The position numbers and the translations under genes are program-made. A stretch of 32,000 nucleotides of DNA from the NCBI RefSeq assembly GCF_000237865.1, contig NC_017459.1:360001-392000 (forward strand). Direction: 5' to 3'. Positions 9,242 to 19,052 of the stretch are shown piece after piece (the stretch's first letter is position 1; every line of letters begins with the position of its first letter). Below the pieces are notes generated by a model that saw only the letters and a program-made list of their open reading frames with translations, had not been told where the DNA came from and did no database searches. The DNA is from Haloquadratum walsbyi C23. GTDB taxonomy: Archaea; Halobacteriota; Halobacteria; Halobacteriales; Haloferacaceae.

Positions 9242-10513
9242 TCAGTGACGAAGATGACACGCAGCAGAGTGATGTGTCTTATCTGAGTGTTCTGGACGGT
9301 CATGCTCGCATACCGTTTCAAATCGATCACGAAGTGTTTCAATTGCTGCTTGTCGATTACCGTCACGAAGTTCAGCACGGGCGGTCTTGACCACAGCTGC
9401 ATTGTCTCCATGTAATGATGAGCTAATCTCACCTGGCCAGACTGAGTTAGCTGTCATACTCTGTTGGCTCGGTGTGCCCGCATCTGCTGTGTTTGATGTT
9501 GTGCTATCGACGTCGGTAGTTGTGAGGGTTCCAGCTTCAATCCGCTCTCGGAGATCCATTACCTCGCGATAGGCAGTTTGATCGATATCAATATCGGTCG
9601 GTGGAATCACCACGGGACAGCGAGTCCGAAATCGACAGCCCGACGGCGGATTACGAGGTGAGGGAACATCATCTTCGAGTGTCGTTATCTCACGATCAGA
9701 CTCACTGAGATGTGCACGCGGGACACTTTCTAACAGTGCCTTCGTATATGGATGCTGTGGGCGCTCAAAAATAGCCTCAGTTGGACCAATCTCCGCGATA
9801 TTACCAAGATACATCACCGCAACACGGTCAGACACATAACGCACGACGGAAAGGTCATGTGCGATAAACAAATATGCCAGTCCAAAATCAGTCTGGAGAT
9901 CAGCTAAGAGATTCAGTATTTGCGCCTGCACTGATACATCAAGCGCTGAGACCGGCTCATCAAGTACGAGAAAATCCGGTTCGACTGCGAGTGCACGTGC
10001 AATCGCGATACGTTGTTGCTGACCACCCGAGAACTCATGTGGATATCTATCATACTGGTCTGCTGAGAGCCCGACCCGTTTCAACAGACTTTTTGACCGA
10101 TCACGCTGTTCATCTTGAGTGCCGACATCGTGTACACTGAGTGGTTCTCTGATAATCTGACCGGCAGTCATTCGAGGATTTAGACTTGCGAATGGGTCCT
10201 GAAAGACCATTCCTGTTCTTCGTCGGAAGTTTTTGACCTCTGTATTAGAGAGGTCACCGATCTTTTTTCCATCGAATTTAACCGTTCCACCGGTCGGGCT
10301 ACGAAGCGCCAGGATCGTTTCGCCAGTGGTCGATTTCCCACATCCAGACTCACCGACTAACCCAAGTGTCTTACCTGCTGTAATCTCAAAACTGACCCCA
10401 TCGACAGCTTTGATTGGTGGTGATGTACGACGAAATAATCTATCAGAGAGTGTCTTTGTGCTCGTATAATGTTTTTTGAGATTCTCGACACTCACCAACG
10501 TGTCCTCACTCAC
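9242..10513 (-). CDS. dppF: oligopeptide/dipeptide ABC transporter ATP-binding protein
   Basis: Walker A GESGCGKST, signature FSGGQQQRIAIARAL, Walker B LVLDEP. The oligopeptide C-terminal Cys motif is CRFRTRCP ... C..H.AACHL. GTG start overlaps the dppD stop (GTGA). Confidence 0.9.
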   Translation of the reverse strand: MSEDTLVSVENLKKHYTSTKTLSDRLFRRTSPPIKAVDGVSFEITAGKTLGLVGESGCGKSTTGETILALRSPTGGTVKFDGKKIGDLSNTEVKNFRRRTGMVFQDPFASLNPRMTAGQIIREPLSVHDVGTQDEQRDRSKSLLKRVGLSADQYDRYPHEFSGGQQQRIAIARALAVEPDFLVLDEPVSALDVSVQAQILNLLADLQTDFGLAYLFIAHDLSVVRYVSDRVAVMYLGNIAEIGPTEAIFERPQHPYTKALLESVPRAHLSESDREITTLEDDVPSPRNPPSGCRFRTRCPVVIPPTDIDIDQTAYREVMDLRERIEAGTLTTTDVDSTTSNTADAGTPSQQSMTANSVWPGEISSSLHGDNAAVVKTARAELRDGNRQAAIETLRDRFETVCEHDRPEHSDKTHHSAACHLRH

Positions 10514-11877
10514 GGTTCACCCTCTCCGCTTGGGGTGTTCGAACTCGGATTCGGATTCGCGTCCGCGTCTGCGTTTGCGTTCGCGTTTGTCTCCGAACTT
10601 ATCCTCTTAATTATATTTTTGATTGAATTGAATGTACCTTCTGTATTATCTGCGCTCATGTTTTTGGAATCGTCGCCGTCGCTGTCGCTGTTAGAGTTGG
10701 CGTTGGATATCGATACCGATGCGTCGGGATCATATCCTCGCTGCGCTAAGACACACTTCACGCCATGTCGATTTTCGGTGTCATGTTCAACTACGGTCCC
10801 TGTGTCAGCGTCAAACTCTGGAGGGGGATCAAGACAGGCTTCCATCGCTTTGGGACATCGATCCGCAAAGTAACATCGTTCACCCATCTCTTCATCAACG
10901 AGACTTGGGACGCTGCCTGCAACGGGTTCGAGCCGTGCGCCTGGAGTATCAATATCCGGCACACTGCCGAGCAGTCCTTTCGTATATGGATGGACTGCGT
11001 CTTCGAAGATATCCGCAAGTGACCCCCGTTCAACAATCTCTCCAGCGTACATGACGCCCACTCGGTCACACATTCGCGCTATGACTCCAAGATTGTGTGT
11101 AATGAGAATAACACTCATATCTGTCTCCGCTTGTATCTCTGATAATAACGAAAGAATCTGTGCCTGAATAGTCACATCAAGTGCAGTCGTCGGTTCATCC
11201 GCGACGAGAACATCCGGCTCACCAGCCAGCGCTTGAGCAATCATTGCCCGTTGAAGCATTCCACCAGAGAACTCATGTGGATAAGCCTCAGCCCGCTCAG
11301 TCGGGTCAGGGATGCCAGCCATGTCGAGTAATTCGATTGCACGCTGCTTACTCTCCGTGCTCACATACCCGCGATGTGGAATCAGACTGTCAACCACAAA
11401 CCGCATGAGACCATACTGTTGAGTCCGCGCCGAGACCGACCGTGGGTTTGTCGAAGCCCGGCGTTGTGCCTCGACAGCTTGTGCAATCTGTTCACCGACA
11501 GTCACAGAGGGATCCATACTTGACATTGGGTCCTGGAAGATCATACCAAAAGATGGTCCTCGAAGCGCTCGTCGCGTCTCTGCATCGAGCTCGACGAGGT
11601 TGACAAACGCACCATTGCTCTCATCAACCCCAACCGCATCAGCTAATGCGGAATCACGGTACCAAATTTCACCACTCGTGATTCGTCCGGGAGACTCGAT
11701 TAATCCCATGATTGTGTGGGCTGTCACCGACTTACCTGACCCTGATTCACCAACAATCCCGAATGTCTCGCCATCACGAACAGTGAAGGAAATATCTTCG
11801 ACAGCATTGATCTGTCCTGTTTCGGTCAAAAATCGTGTTGAAACATTACGAACACGAAGGAGATCGTGAGTACTCAT
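10510..11877 (-). CDS. dppD: oligopeptide/dipeptide ABC transporter ATP-binding protein
   Basis: Walker A GESGSGKSV, signature FSGGMLQRAMIAQAL, Walker B LVADEP, then CYFADRCPKAMEAC. ATG at 11877 (MSTHDLLRVRNV) lies 4 nt after the dppC stop. A low-complexity C-terminal tail follows. Confidence 0.9.
   Translation of the reverse strand: MSTHDLLRVRNVSTRFLTETGQINAVEDISFTVRDGETFGIVGESGSGKSVTAHTIMGLIESPGRITSGEIWYRDSALADAVGVDESNGAFVNLVELDAETRRALRGPSFGMIFQDPMSSMDPSVTVGEQIAQAVEAQRRASTNPRSVSARTQQYGLMRFVVDSLIPHRGYVSTESKQRAIELLDMAGIPDPTERAEAYPHEFSGGMLQRAMIAQALAGEPDVLVADEPTTALDVTIQAQILSLLSEIQAETDMSVILITHNLGVIARMCDRVGVMYAGEIVERGSLADIFEDAVHPYTKGLLGSVPDIDTPGARLEPVAGSVPSLVDEEMGERCYFADRCPKAMEACLDPPPEFDADTGTVVEHDTENRHGVKCVLAQRGYDPDASVSISNANSNSDSDGDDSKNMSADNTEGTFNSIKNIIKRISSETNANANADADANPNPSSNTPSGEGEP
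10547..10588. repeat. seven tandem degenerate hexamers encoding NANANADADANPNP in the dppD tail
   Basis: ggattc ggattc gcgtcc gcgtct gcgttt gcgttc gcgttt read on the plus strand. Confidence 0.85.
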
Positions 11878-11881
11878 GAAT

Positions 11882-12904
11882 TCAAAGTCCTCCCTCGCTT
11901 TCACCCTCAATGCCTGGGTCAAGTGCATCCCGGAGCCAGTCACCGATGAGATTCACACCTATCACAGCAATGACAATACCAACACCAGGAAGCGTTGTGA
12001 TCCACCATGAGGTTGCCAGATATTGTTGCCCCTGTGAGATATCGAATCCCCACGACAGCGTGGTACCGGAGAACCCAAGATACGCAAGTGAACTCTCAAG
12101 GAGAATATTTGCGGCGACAAGAATCGTCGCGAGAATTAAAATTGGGGTCAACGCATTCGGAAGCACGTGCCGGGTCATAATGCGAATATCACTTGTTCCA
12201 TAACTGCGTGCAGCTTTGATATACTCCGCTTCAACAATCGAGAGCGCTTCGCCCCGAGCAACACGCGCAATCCACACCCAGTTGACCAGTCCAATAACCA
12301 GGATTACCATCCCAGGAAGTGTGAATGTCGCTGGCATTGTCGCTGATGCGATATTGAAAACGACCCATGGATCAGGGACCGTGACAGCAATCCGACCGAA
12401 TAGTCCAACAAGTGATATTGCAAGCACGAGGGAAGGAAATGCGAGCATAATATCTGCAAAACGCATGAGTGTATCATCAACAAGACCACCATAGTATCCT
12501 GCTATGAGACCAATTGGTGTTCCAATCAATGTAGCTAGTGCTGTGCCGAGAACGCCAACAAGCATGGAAGTCCGTGCGCCGTAGAGTACTCGTGAGAGCA
12601 TATCGCGTCCCAGTGGGTCTGTCCCCAGTGGATACGTCCACGTTGCATTGATCTGTGTTCGTTCAGTTATCGTCGTGACTGACCCATTCACCATCTGTGT
12701 TGTTGTTGTTGTCGTCACTCGACTGAGTCCCACTGGGGGTAACAGTTTCTGATCAAGATGCTGCACATTTGGATTATGCGGCGCGAGGAATGGTGCAAAA
12801 ATAGCCATTCCAAGAATGACAATAAATAGACTGACACCAAGCTTGGCAAGTGGACTCTGACGCAATTCTCCGACCAGATTCTGCCATGTCCGCGGTGAAA
12901 GCAT
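11882..12904 (-). CDS. dppC: peptide ABC transporter permease
   Basis: Polytopic protein with the BPD-transporter EAA-like loop (EAEYIKAARSYGTSDIRIMTRHVLPN). Its start overlaps the dppB stop by 1 nt. Confidence 0.9.
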   Translation of the reverse strand: MLSPRTWQNLVGELRQSPLAKLGVSLFIVILGMAIFAPFLAPHNPNVQHLDQKLLPPVGLSRVTTTTTTQMVNGSVTTITERTQINATWTYPLGTDPLGRDMLSRVLYGARTSMLVGVLGTALATLIGTPIGLIAGYYGGLVDDTLMRFADIMLAFPSLVLAISLVGLFGRIAVTVPDPWVVFNIASATMPATFTLPGMVILVIGLVNWVWIARVARGEALSIVEAEYIKAARSYGTSDIRIMTRHVLPNALTPILILATILVAANILLESSLAYLGFSGTTLSWGFDISQGQQYLATSWWITTLPGVGIVIAVIGVNLIGDWLRDALDPGIEGESEGGL

Positions 12905-13911
12905 TACACTGTTACCTCCGGATTCAAGTATGCATATATCGCATCAACGACTGTATTAACGATCACAAAACCAGCCCCGACGACGACCAGACATCCTTGG
13001 AGGATGACCCATTGTCGAGCGTTGATAGCATCGATCAAGAGACTTCCAAGTCCAGGCCATGCAAATACACGCTCGGTTATGACTGCCCCGCCAATGAGCG
13101 TCCCGAGTTGGAGACCAAGGACGGTCACAATTGGCACAAGCGTATTTTTTAATGCATGCCTGAAACGCACCAATGTCTCCGGCGTTCCCTTTGCTCGAAG
13201 TGCTGTAATGTATTGCTTGCCGAGTTCATCTAACATGCCACTTCGAGTGAGTCGAGTAACAAGCGCTGTAAAATACGTCCCGAGCGTTACAGCTGGGAGG
13301 GTGATATGAGATAGCCACCTAAGCATAACCTGTGGGCGTCCGCTCAAAAGGTATCTTAGCGCGTCAACAAGCAATAATGGAGTGCCGTTCACCCGAGCCA
13401 TTCCTCCTGTTGGGAAGATATCAAATTGCACTGCCAACAAAAGCGTCAACATCAGTCCGAGCCAGAAATTCGGCGTTGAAATACCAACTAACGAGAATGT
13501 TGTCGCTGCGTAGTCAGTTGGCTCGTGACGGTTCGTTGCACTGATCACTCCGAGTGGAATCGACAAAGCAACTGCAACAATGGTAGCTGCAACGGCTAAC
13601 TCAAGTGAACGCGGGAGTGCAGCAAACACCTGACTACTCACACTCGTTCCAGCAGCAAACGACTGCCCCATATCGATATTCGGGGGGAGTAATCCAACTA
13701 CATACTCAATATACTGCACGTATAGCGGCCTGTTGAGCCCGTATTCCATCGCAATCTCCTCTCTGAGCGCTTGTGACGCGTCGAGTGGGGCAATGAATGT
13801 CACTGGGCTTCCAGGTGTAATATATCGTAATGTGAACACGACAGTCACGACTCCCCAAATGACAACGACACCCTGGCTCGCGCGCTTTAGGAGAAAGCGT
13901 GAGTACCCCAT
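12904..13911 (-). CDS. dppB: peptide ABC transporter permease
   Basis: MGYSRFLLKRASQGVVVIWGV N-terminus and the YITALRAKGTPE...HALKN loop are typical of DppB/OppB. It directly abuts the dppA stop. Confidence 0.9.
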   Translation of the reverse strand: MGYSRFLLKRASQGVVVIWGVVTVVFTLRYITPGSPVTFIAPLDASQALREEIAMEYGLNRPLYVQYIEYVVGLLPPNIDMGQSFAAGTSVSSQVFAALPRSLELAVAATIVAVALSIPLGVISATNRHEPTDYAATTFSLVGISTPNFWLGLMLTLLLAVQFDIFPTGGMARVNGTPLLLVDALRYLLSGRPQVMLRWLSHITLPAVTLGTYFTALVTRLTRSGMLDELGKQYITALRAKGTPETLVRFRHALKNTLVPIVTVLGLQLGTLIGGAVITERVFAWPGLGSLLIDAINARQWVILQGCLVVVGAGFVIVNTVVDAIYAYLNPEVTV

Positions 13912-15564
13912 TTATTCGGATGAACTGATTGAGTATGCATCGATCCGCTCATCATTCCTCGGCTGCCAGTCAATCCGATTCGTTGAGCCGTAAACACCAA
14001 ATTGTCGATTCAGGAAAATCCAAGGCGCCTGTTCGTGACTGAATGCATTCGCTTGTTGAAGGAGTTGCTCACGTTGTTCGCTCTCGGCTGTTTGGTTTGC
14101 CTCAGTAATAAGACTATCAAGCTGATTAGTTTTAAATGAAGTCAATACTCCATCGCTCGTGAGTGTCGGATTAATTGTTTGTGAGGCATCGAATGTTGCA
14201 TTCCCCCATCCGATAAGATAGAACTTCGGTCCGGTGGTGATATCACCATCAGTGAGTTCCGAGGCAAGAGTGTTGAAATCCCGTTGTTTGACATCACAGG
14301 AAACATTCGAGAGATCATCAATCATTCCAGCAACAGCCTGTGCAATCTGGAGGTCTTTGAGATATCGTCCTACTGGTGTATGTAAGGTCAGACTCGCTCC
14401 TGCATGTCCACTTTCCTCAATAAGTCGTTCAGCCTCAGCAGGATCATGTGCATACGGTTCAATGTCGTCGTTGTATCCAAAGAACGGTTGTAAGGTTGGT
14501 TGACCAGTCTGCTCACCAAATTCCTGGAGTACATCCGTGATGATACTCTCCAGATCGACTGCAAAATTCATTGCCCGGCGGAATGAGAGCGAGGAAAATG
14601 GCTCAGCATTGCTTCGCATCCCATTGTAAATAATTCGCGTGCTGCCGACTGCATTCACACTTACGCTCTCACTGCTATCAACTCGGTTGACTGATTGGGG
14701 TGGTACATTGACAATAATATCAGTCTCACCGGCAATGAGTTGATTCACTCGTGCACTCGCTTGCTGTGCAGATGTGAATGTGAGTTGAGTCACTTCCGCA
14801 GGCTCGCGCCAGTATTCATCATATCGGTCAAATGTCACCTGCACGTTCTGCTCATACTCAGCAAGTTCGAACGGTCCTGTCCCGTTCATATTCTGTGCGA
14901 CATATGATGACTCGTTCTCCTCTGTCCACGCTTGCTCGACAACATCACAATAGATTGCAAACTCAGCGAACACGATTGGATTGAGACCGTCCGAGAGGAC
15001 ATCGACAGCCCGCTCGTCATCAACGACCTCTGCACCAGTAACGCCACCGAGCTGTCCGGCTTGTGGGCTCGTGAATCCAACATCATCATCAACCATCCGA
15101 TTTATTGTATATGCAATGTCCGCGGGCGTTAGTTGATTATCCGTCTGTTGGAATGTTGGCCCTTCTCGGATGCTGAATCGAGCCCGACCCGGCTCCACGC
15201 GTCGCCATTCTGTCGCAAGCATCGAGACGATTTGTCCCTGCCGGTTTCGGGATATAACACCTTCATAGCACTGTCGCATCACGATGTCCGCTGGAATGTT
15301 TCGGTGGTCGTGCGGATCCAGTGTGTCGGGCATCTGACCCTGTGTGATTGTCACAGGAAATTCCTTACTCCCTGTCGTTGATTCGTCGGTGTCTGCTGCT
15401 GTCTCGCCTGATTGAGACGTACCAGCCGTCTCATCTCCCCCTTCAGCTCCTCCGCCTCCGCCACTGCTGCCACATCCGGCGAGAGCAGCAGTTGCTGTGG
15501 CTGTACCCGCGAGCTTTACAAATGATCGTCGATCTATATCCCTCTCACGACTCTCGTCTGACAC
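13912..15564 (-). CDS. dppA: peptide ABC transporter substrate-binding lipoprotein (family 5 SBP)
   Basis: Twin-arginine signal DRRSFVKLAG followed by lipobox LAGC and a Gly/acidic linker, then a 550-aa SBP_bac_5-like body. First gene of the five-gene minus-strand operon. Confidence 0.9.
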   Translation of the reverse strand: MSDESRERDIDRRSFVKLAGTATATAALAGCGSSGGGGGAEGGDETAGTSQSGETAADTDESTTGSKEFPVTITQGQMPDTLDPHDHRNIPADIVMRQCYEGVISRNRQGQIVSMLATEWRRVEPGRARFSIREGPTFQQTDNQLTPADIAYTINRMVDDDVGFTSPQAGQLGGVTGAEVVDDERAVDVLSDGLNPIVFAEFAIYCDVVEQAWTEENESSYVAQNMNGTGPFELAEYEQNVQVTFDRYDEYWREPAEVTQLTFTSAQQASARVNQLIAGETDIIVNVPPQSVNRVDSSESVSVNAVGSTRIIYNGMRSNAEPFSSLSFRRAMNFAVDLESIITDVLQEFGEQTGQPTLQPFFGYNDDIEPYAHDPAEAERLIEESGHAGASLTLHTPVGRYLKDLQIAQAVAGMIDDLSNVSCDVKQRDFNTLASELTDGDITTGPKFYLIGWGNATFDASQTINPTLTSDGVLTSFKTNQLDSLITEANQTAESEQREQLLQQANAFSHEQAPWIFLNRQFGVYGSTNRIDWQPRNDERIDAYSISSSE

Positions 15565-16204
15565 AGTACCGACATTATCTTGATAAGAGTAAAAAAGCTG
15601 CGTACGCTGTCTGTTGACTGCGTGGAATGAGTCGTTTATGAACTATGTCATGTACTTAACCCCGGAAGGATCTCGCCGCTGTGGTTCACATTCAGAGTAC
15701 CACTCCTCGGAATCTCTCCTGTGAATAGATCAGGTAAGCTTCTTGAACACACACAAACCTCACAGCCAGAGGACGTCACCGCATGGTGTCACACAGCATC
15801 AGCATCAGCAGACAAAGTTCATCCCTCAGTCTTCGATATCACAGTCATTGCCAGTGTAAGTCTCGTCACTCAAACTGACTGGAACAGAACAGAGCATATA
15901 CTTCCGTTTTCAACTCTGGTAAGTACGGTTTTGCAGACAAGCACACATCGCATGGTCATATTGCCAACCACTGTTGAACACTCGAGAACTTACACCGACA
16001 TACTCAATCATCCGTTGTCTTCTGAAGAGTCACAATCTCCACCACGTCGAAATCCTCGGCTCTCGGCTCCCATCTCCTATCGCATGTTCACTGATTAATT
16101 GTGAACGCACTAACGACTCCGACTACACTCAAGTTCAATCGATATCATGGAGAGATGCGGTATATCGTCTGAATCAATTCACCAACTAGATGGAATTCGC
16201 ACTA

Positions 16205-16225
16205 AGCGCTGAGCGCTGAGCGCTG
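16205..16225. repeat. (AGCGCTG)x3 tandem heptamer in a gene-free spacer
   Basis: agcgctg agcgctg agcgctg read directly. Flanked by two GAATTC-containing arms. Confidence 0.85.
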
Positions 16226-16718
16226 TCAGTCCCCGCGATTCTTCCTAAGAAAGAATTCGACGGCTCAATACTTCGGTGTAGTGTATTCAGGAGATTATTA
16301 TACCAGCGTTAGCGTTGATAACCGGCTATCTCCACTGACTGTCAAGTCGATATGCGAAAATATTATTTTAATTACCTTTCTGTCGGTGTGTGTCCTAACA
16401 ATCATAATATTACTATATTTTATGACCAGAGATAATGTTAGTACATCGATTTGTTTTGACTACCGACTACATTTTTTAATCATAAATAAAATACCAATGG
16501 ATACATCTTACGAAGAATATATACCCACAGTATTTTTGATTCCAGAAAATCACGTACAAATGAAATCATCATGACGAAAAGAAACCCGCAATCGATTGCT
16601 GTTGACCAGCGGGGACGGGAGTCCGACTCAAAACAACGAATCACAATCGACTCCCTTTCCTTTTGGATGAATGAAACATCGACTTTCCACCATTTTAATT
16701 GGACGAGCAGGCATAATC

Positions 16719-17411
16719 ATGAGTTATAAAGTTCTCATTACATTCGATCTGCCCGACGCTGACGCATTCCCATCGGTGCTCATTGAGGCGCTCACAGCGA
16801 CAGAGGTAGTCGCACTCGGACATTACAAACTGCCAGAGCAGACTCCGCCGGGAGCAGCACGCAATCAGCTCGAAACAGATACTTGTAAGACGCTCACTGA
16901 CCTCATTCGCCCATTTCACAACGCAGATATCCCTGTTCAGACACGACTCGTGTTCAGCAGCGCTCGGGAGAAGGCAATTGACCGTGTCGCTCGTCAGGAC
17001 GACTGTGACGCGATTCTGAGCACAGGTGAAGTGAATTCGCTTGACCGACTATTCGTCGCGCTCGGAGACGGACCGGAGTTTGACCGAATCGTTTCATTTG
17101 TTGCTGATTTATTGGCTGCAGTCGACGCGTCGGTCATACTATTCCACACCCGTGAGGAGACGCTCACGAATGCCACGGACCAACTTGTCAAAAGAGGCGT
17201 TGATTCTAATCGAGTCTACCAGCAAGTATCAGGAGGCGACAATGTCAGACAGCGTGTCGTTGAATTGAAGGACAAATGTGATCTTCTCGTCATAGGTGAA
17301 GGGACCCCAGATCCCCTCAATAAGACTCCAGTTCTTGAAACCGCCTCGACTAAGATGCCCCTCAATACGAACGACCCTGCATTCATTATCCGGAGTCCTA
17401 CCCAATCATGA
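16719..17411 (+). CDS. universal stress protein-like (divergent, two-lobed)
   Basis: Acidic 230-aa protein. The C-terminal LLVIGEGTP...AFIIRSP resembles the Usp G-x2-G...PVLVV end. The call is weak. ATG at 16719 is preferred to the upstream start in the ORF track. Confidence 0.5.
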   Translation: MSYKVLITFDLPDADAFPSVLIEALTATEVVALGHYKLPEQTPPGAARNQLETDTCKTLTDLIRPFHNADIPVQTRLVFSSAREKAIDRVARQDDCDAILSTGEVNSLDRLFVALGDGPEFDRIVSFVADLLAAVDASVILFHTREETLTNATDQLVKRGVDSNRVYQQVSGGDNVRQRVVELKDKCDLLVIGEGTPDPLNKTPVLETASTKMPLNTNDPAFIIRSPTQS

Positions 17412-17538
17412 TCTCGGCTGGCACAGGCACATTCGATACATATCCTGGACATTCTGAGCTCTGTGGTCTTGTCATACATCTCACTGCAGTCCTCAAAAAT
17501 GATATTTGGACCGACATGTTGCACCGACGAGGCATATA

Positions 17539-18993
17539 ATGGGATCGGAACAAGACACTCGATCACCAGCCGCAAGCCTTGGACTGCTGGATGCGACAAT
17601 GGTTGGTATTGGTGCGATGATCGGTGCGGGGATTTTCGTTCTGACCGGGCTCGCAGCCAGAATTGCCGGTCCTGCAGCGCTTCTTGTGTTCGTTCTGAAC
17701 GGCGGCGTTACCCTCTTTACCGCGTTATCGTACGCCGAGTTGGCGAGCGCAATCCCAAAAAATGGTGGCGGATATGCGTACATTCGTGAGACGTTTTCCG
17801 CACCCATTGCGTTTGTGATGGGCTGGACCCGATGGTTCACGTATATGGCTGCCGGCGCACTGTACGCACTTGGATTCTCCTCGAACTTTATCGAGTTTAT
17901 CCATCTTTACTGGGGCGGTCTGCCGGCAGGACCAATCTGGCAGGTCGGTTACGCATTGCTCGCGGTTGTTTCATTCGTGATGCTGAACGCACTCTCTACG
18001 GAAGCCAGCGGTGGCGCAGAGACGCTTGTGACGCTGGTCAAAATCGGGATTCTCATCGTGTTCATCTTCTTCGGTATCAGTGCTGTCTCGTCAGCGACGT
18101 TTTTCGGAATTGATCCGGGGGCTGCTCCGACAGTGTCTGATTTCTTCTCGAAGGGCGCCACAAAAGTTCTCCCGGCAATGGGATTGACGTTTATTGCGTT
18201 TCAGGGATATGATCTTATTGCGACGGTCACCGAAGAGGTCGAGAACCCAAAGAAGAACATTCCACGAGCCATCTTCATCAGTCTCGGCGTCACGGTCTTA
18301 ATATATCTCTTAGTCGTCGGCGTTGCAGTCGGGACACTAGGGGCTCCTCGACTCGGCAGCGCAAAGGAAAAAGCCGTCGTTGAAGCGGCGATTAGCTTCA
18401 TGCCTGACGTTGCATTCTTTGGAGCCTCAATCGGGGCTGCGCTTATTGCATTCGGTGCTGTCTTCTCAACAATCAGTGCGCTCAATGCTGTTGTCATCGG
18501 TTCAAGTCGTGTGGCGTACGCGATGGGGCGAGAAGGTCAATTGCCCGAACGGCTCGGAAATATCCATCATAAATACGGAACGCCGTATTCGGCGTTAATG
18601 GCGAGCGCGGCAATCATGCTTGTTGCGACTATCGTTGCTCCAATTAGTCTTGTCGGCAATCTTGCGAGTTTATTCTCACTACTTGGATTTATTGTAGTGA
18701 ATCTCGCGGTAATTAAGCTTCGACGAGATCAGCCGAATCTGAATCGACCATTCGAGATTCCGTTCTATCCCGCACCGCCGATTCTCGGTTGTGTGCTCAA
18801 TTTAGTCCTTGCTATATTCATTTCATGGGTAACATGGGCTGTCGCAGTCGGGTGGTTACTGGTTGGAGCAGTTATCTACGTTGGGCTTAACTCAGAGCGG
18901 ACTCGTACTGTGCTTTCGAATACTCAATCGACAGATGCAGAGACTACCCCTATCGAGGACTCAACGATGAGCGAGACAGTCGAAGAGGATTGA
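17539..18993 (+). CDS. APC-family amino acid permease
   Basis: About 12 TM segments. N-terminal LGLLDATMVGIGAMIGAGIFVLTG is typical of APC transporters. Acidic cytoplasmic tail. Confidence 0.85.
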   Translation: MGSEQDTRSPAASLGLLDATMVGIGAMIGAGIFVLTGLAARIAGPAALLVFVLNGGVTLFTALSYAELASAIPKNGGGYAYIRETFSAPIAFVMGWTRWFTYMAAGALYALGFSSNFIEFIHLYWGGLPAGPIWQVGYALLAVVSFVMLNALSTEASGGAETLVTLVKIGILIVFIFFGISAVSSATFFGIDPGAAPTVSDFFSKGATKVLPAMGLTFIAFQGYDLIATVTEEVENPKKNIPRAIFISLGVTVLIYLLVVGVAVGTLGAPRLGSAKEKAVVEAAISFMPDVAFFGASIGAALIAFGAVFSTISALNAVVIGSSRVAYAMGREGQLPERLGNIHHKYGTPYSALMASAAIMLVATIVAPISLVGNLASLFSLLGFIVVNLAVIKLRRDQPNLNRPFEIPFYPAPPILGCVLNLVLAIFISWVTWAVAVGWLLVGAVIYVGLNSERTRTVLSNTQSTDAETTPIEDSTMSETVEED

Positions 18994-19052
18994 ATAATTA
19001 GCATAATGATACAAATACATACTATCAGCACATACGGACTTCAGACTCATTC

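Noticed and set aside
10469-10873. 134-aa ORF with FAFAFV and LSL repeats.
   Set aside because: It is antisense to the low-complexity tail of dppD and is an artefact of the hexamer repeats.
9874-14503. Numerous 60-110-aa plus-strand ORFs across the dpp operon (for example 9874-10140, 10719-11054, 11910-12203, 13004-13309, 14234-14503).
   Set aside because: They are antisense shadow ORFs inside well-supported minus-strand genes, with Arg/Ser/Pro-rich non-acidic translations.
16280-16570. AT-rich block as a replication origin (DNA unwinding element).
   Set aside because: I found no repeated origin-recognition-box-like motifs flanking it and no orc/cdc6 gene in the window.
16281-16574. 97-aa ORF in the AT-rich block.
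   Set aside because: It is Ile/Leu/Tyr/Asn-rich, not acidic, and simply tracks the AT-rich composition. This is unlike every credible protein in the window.
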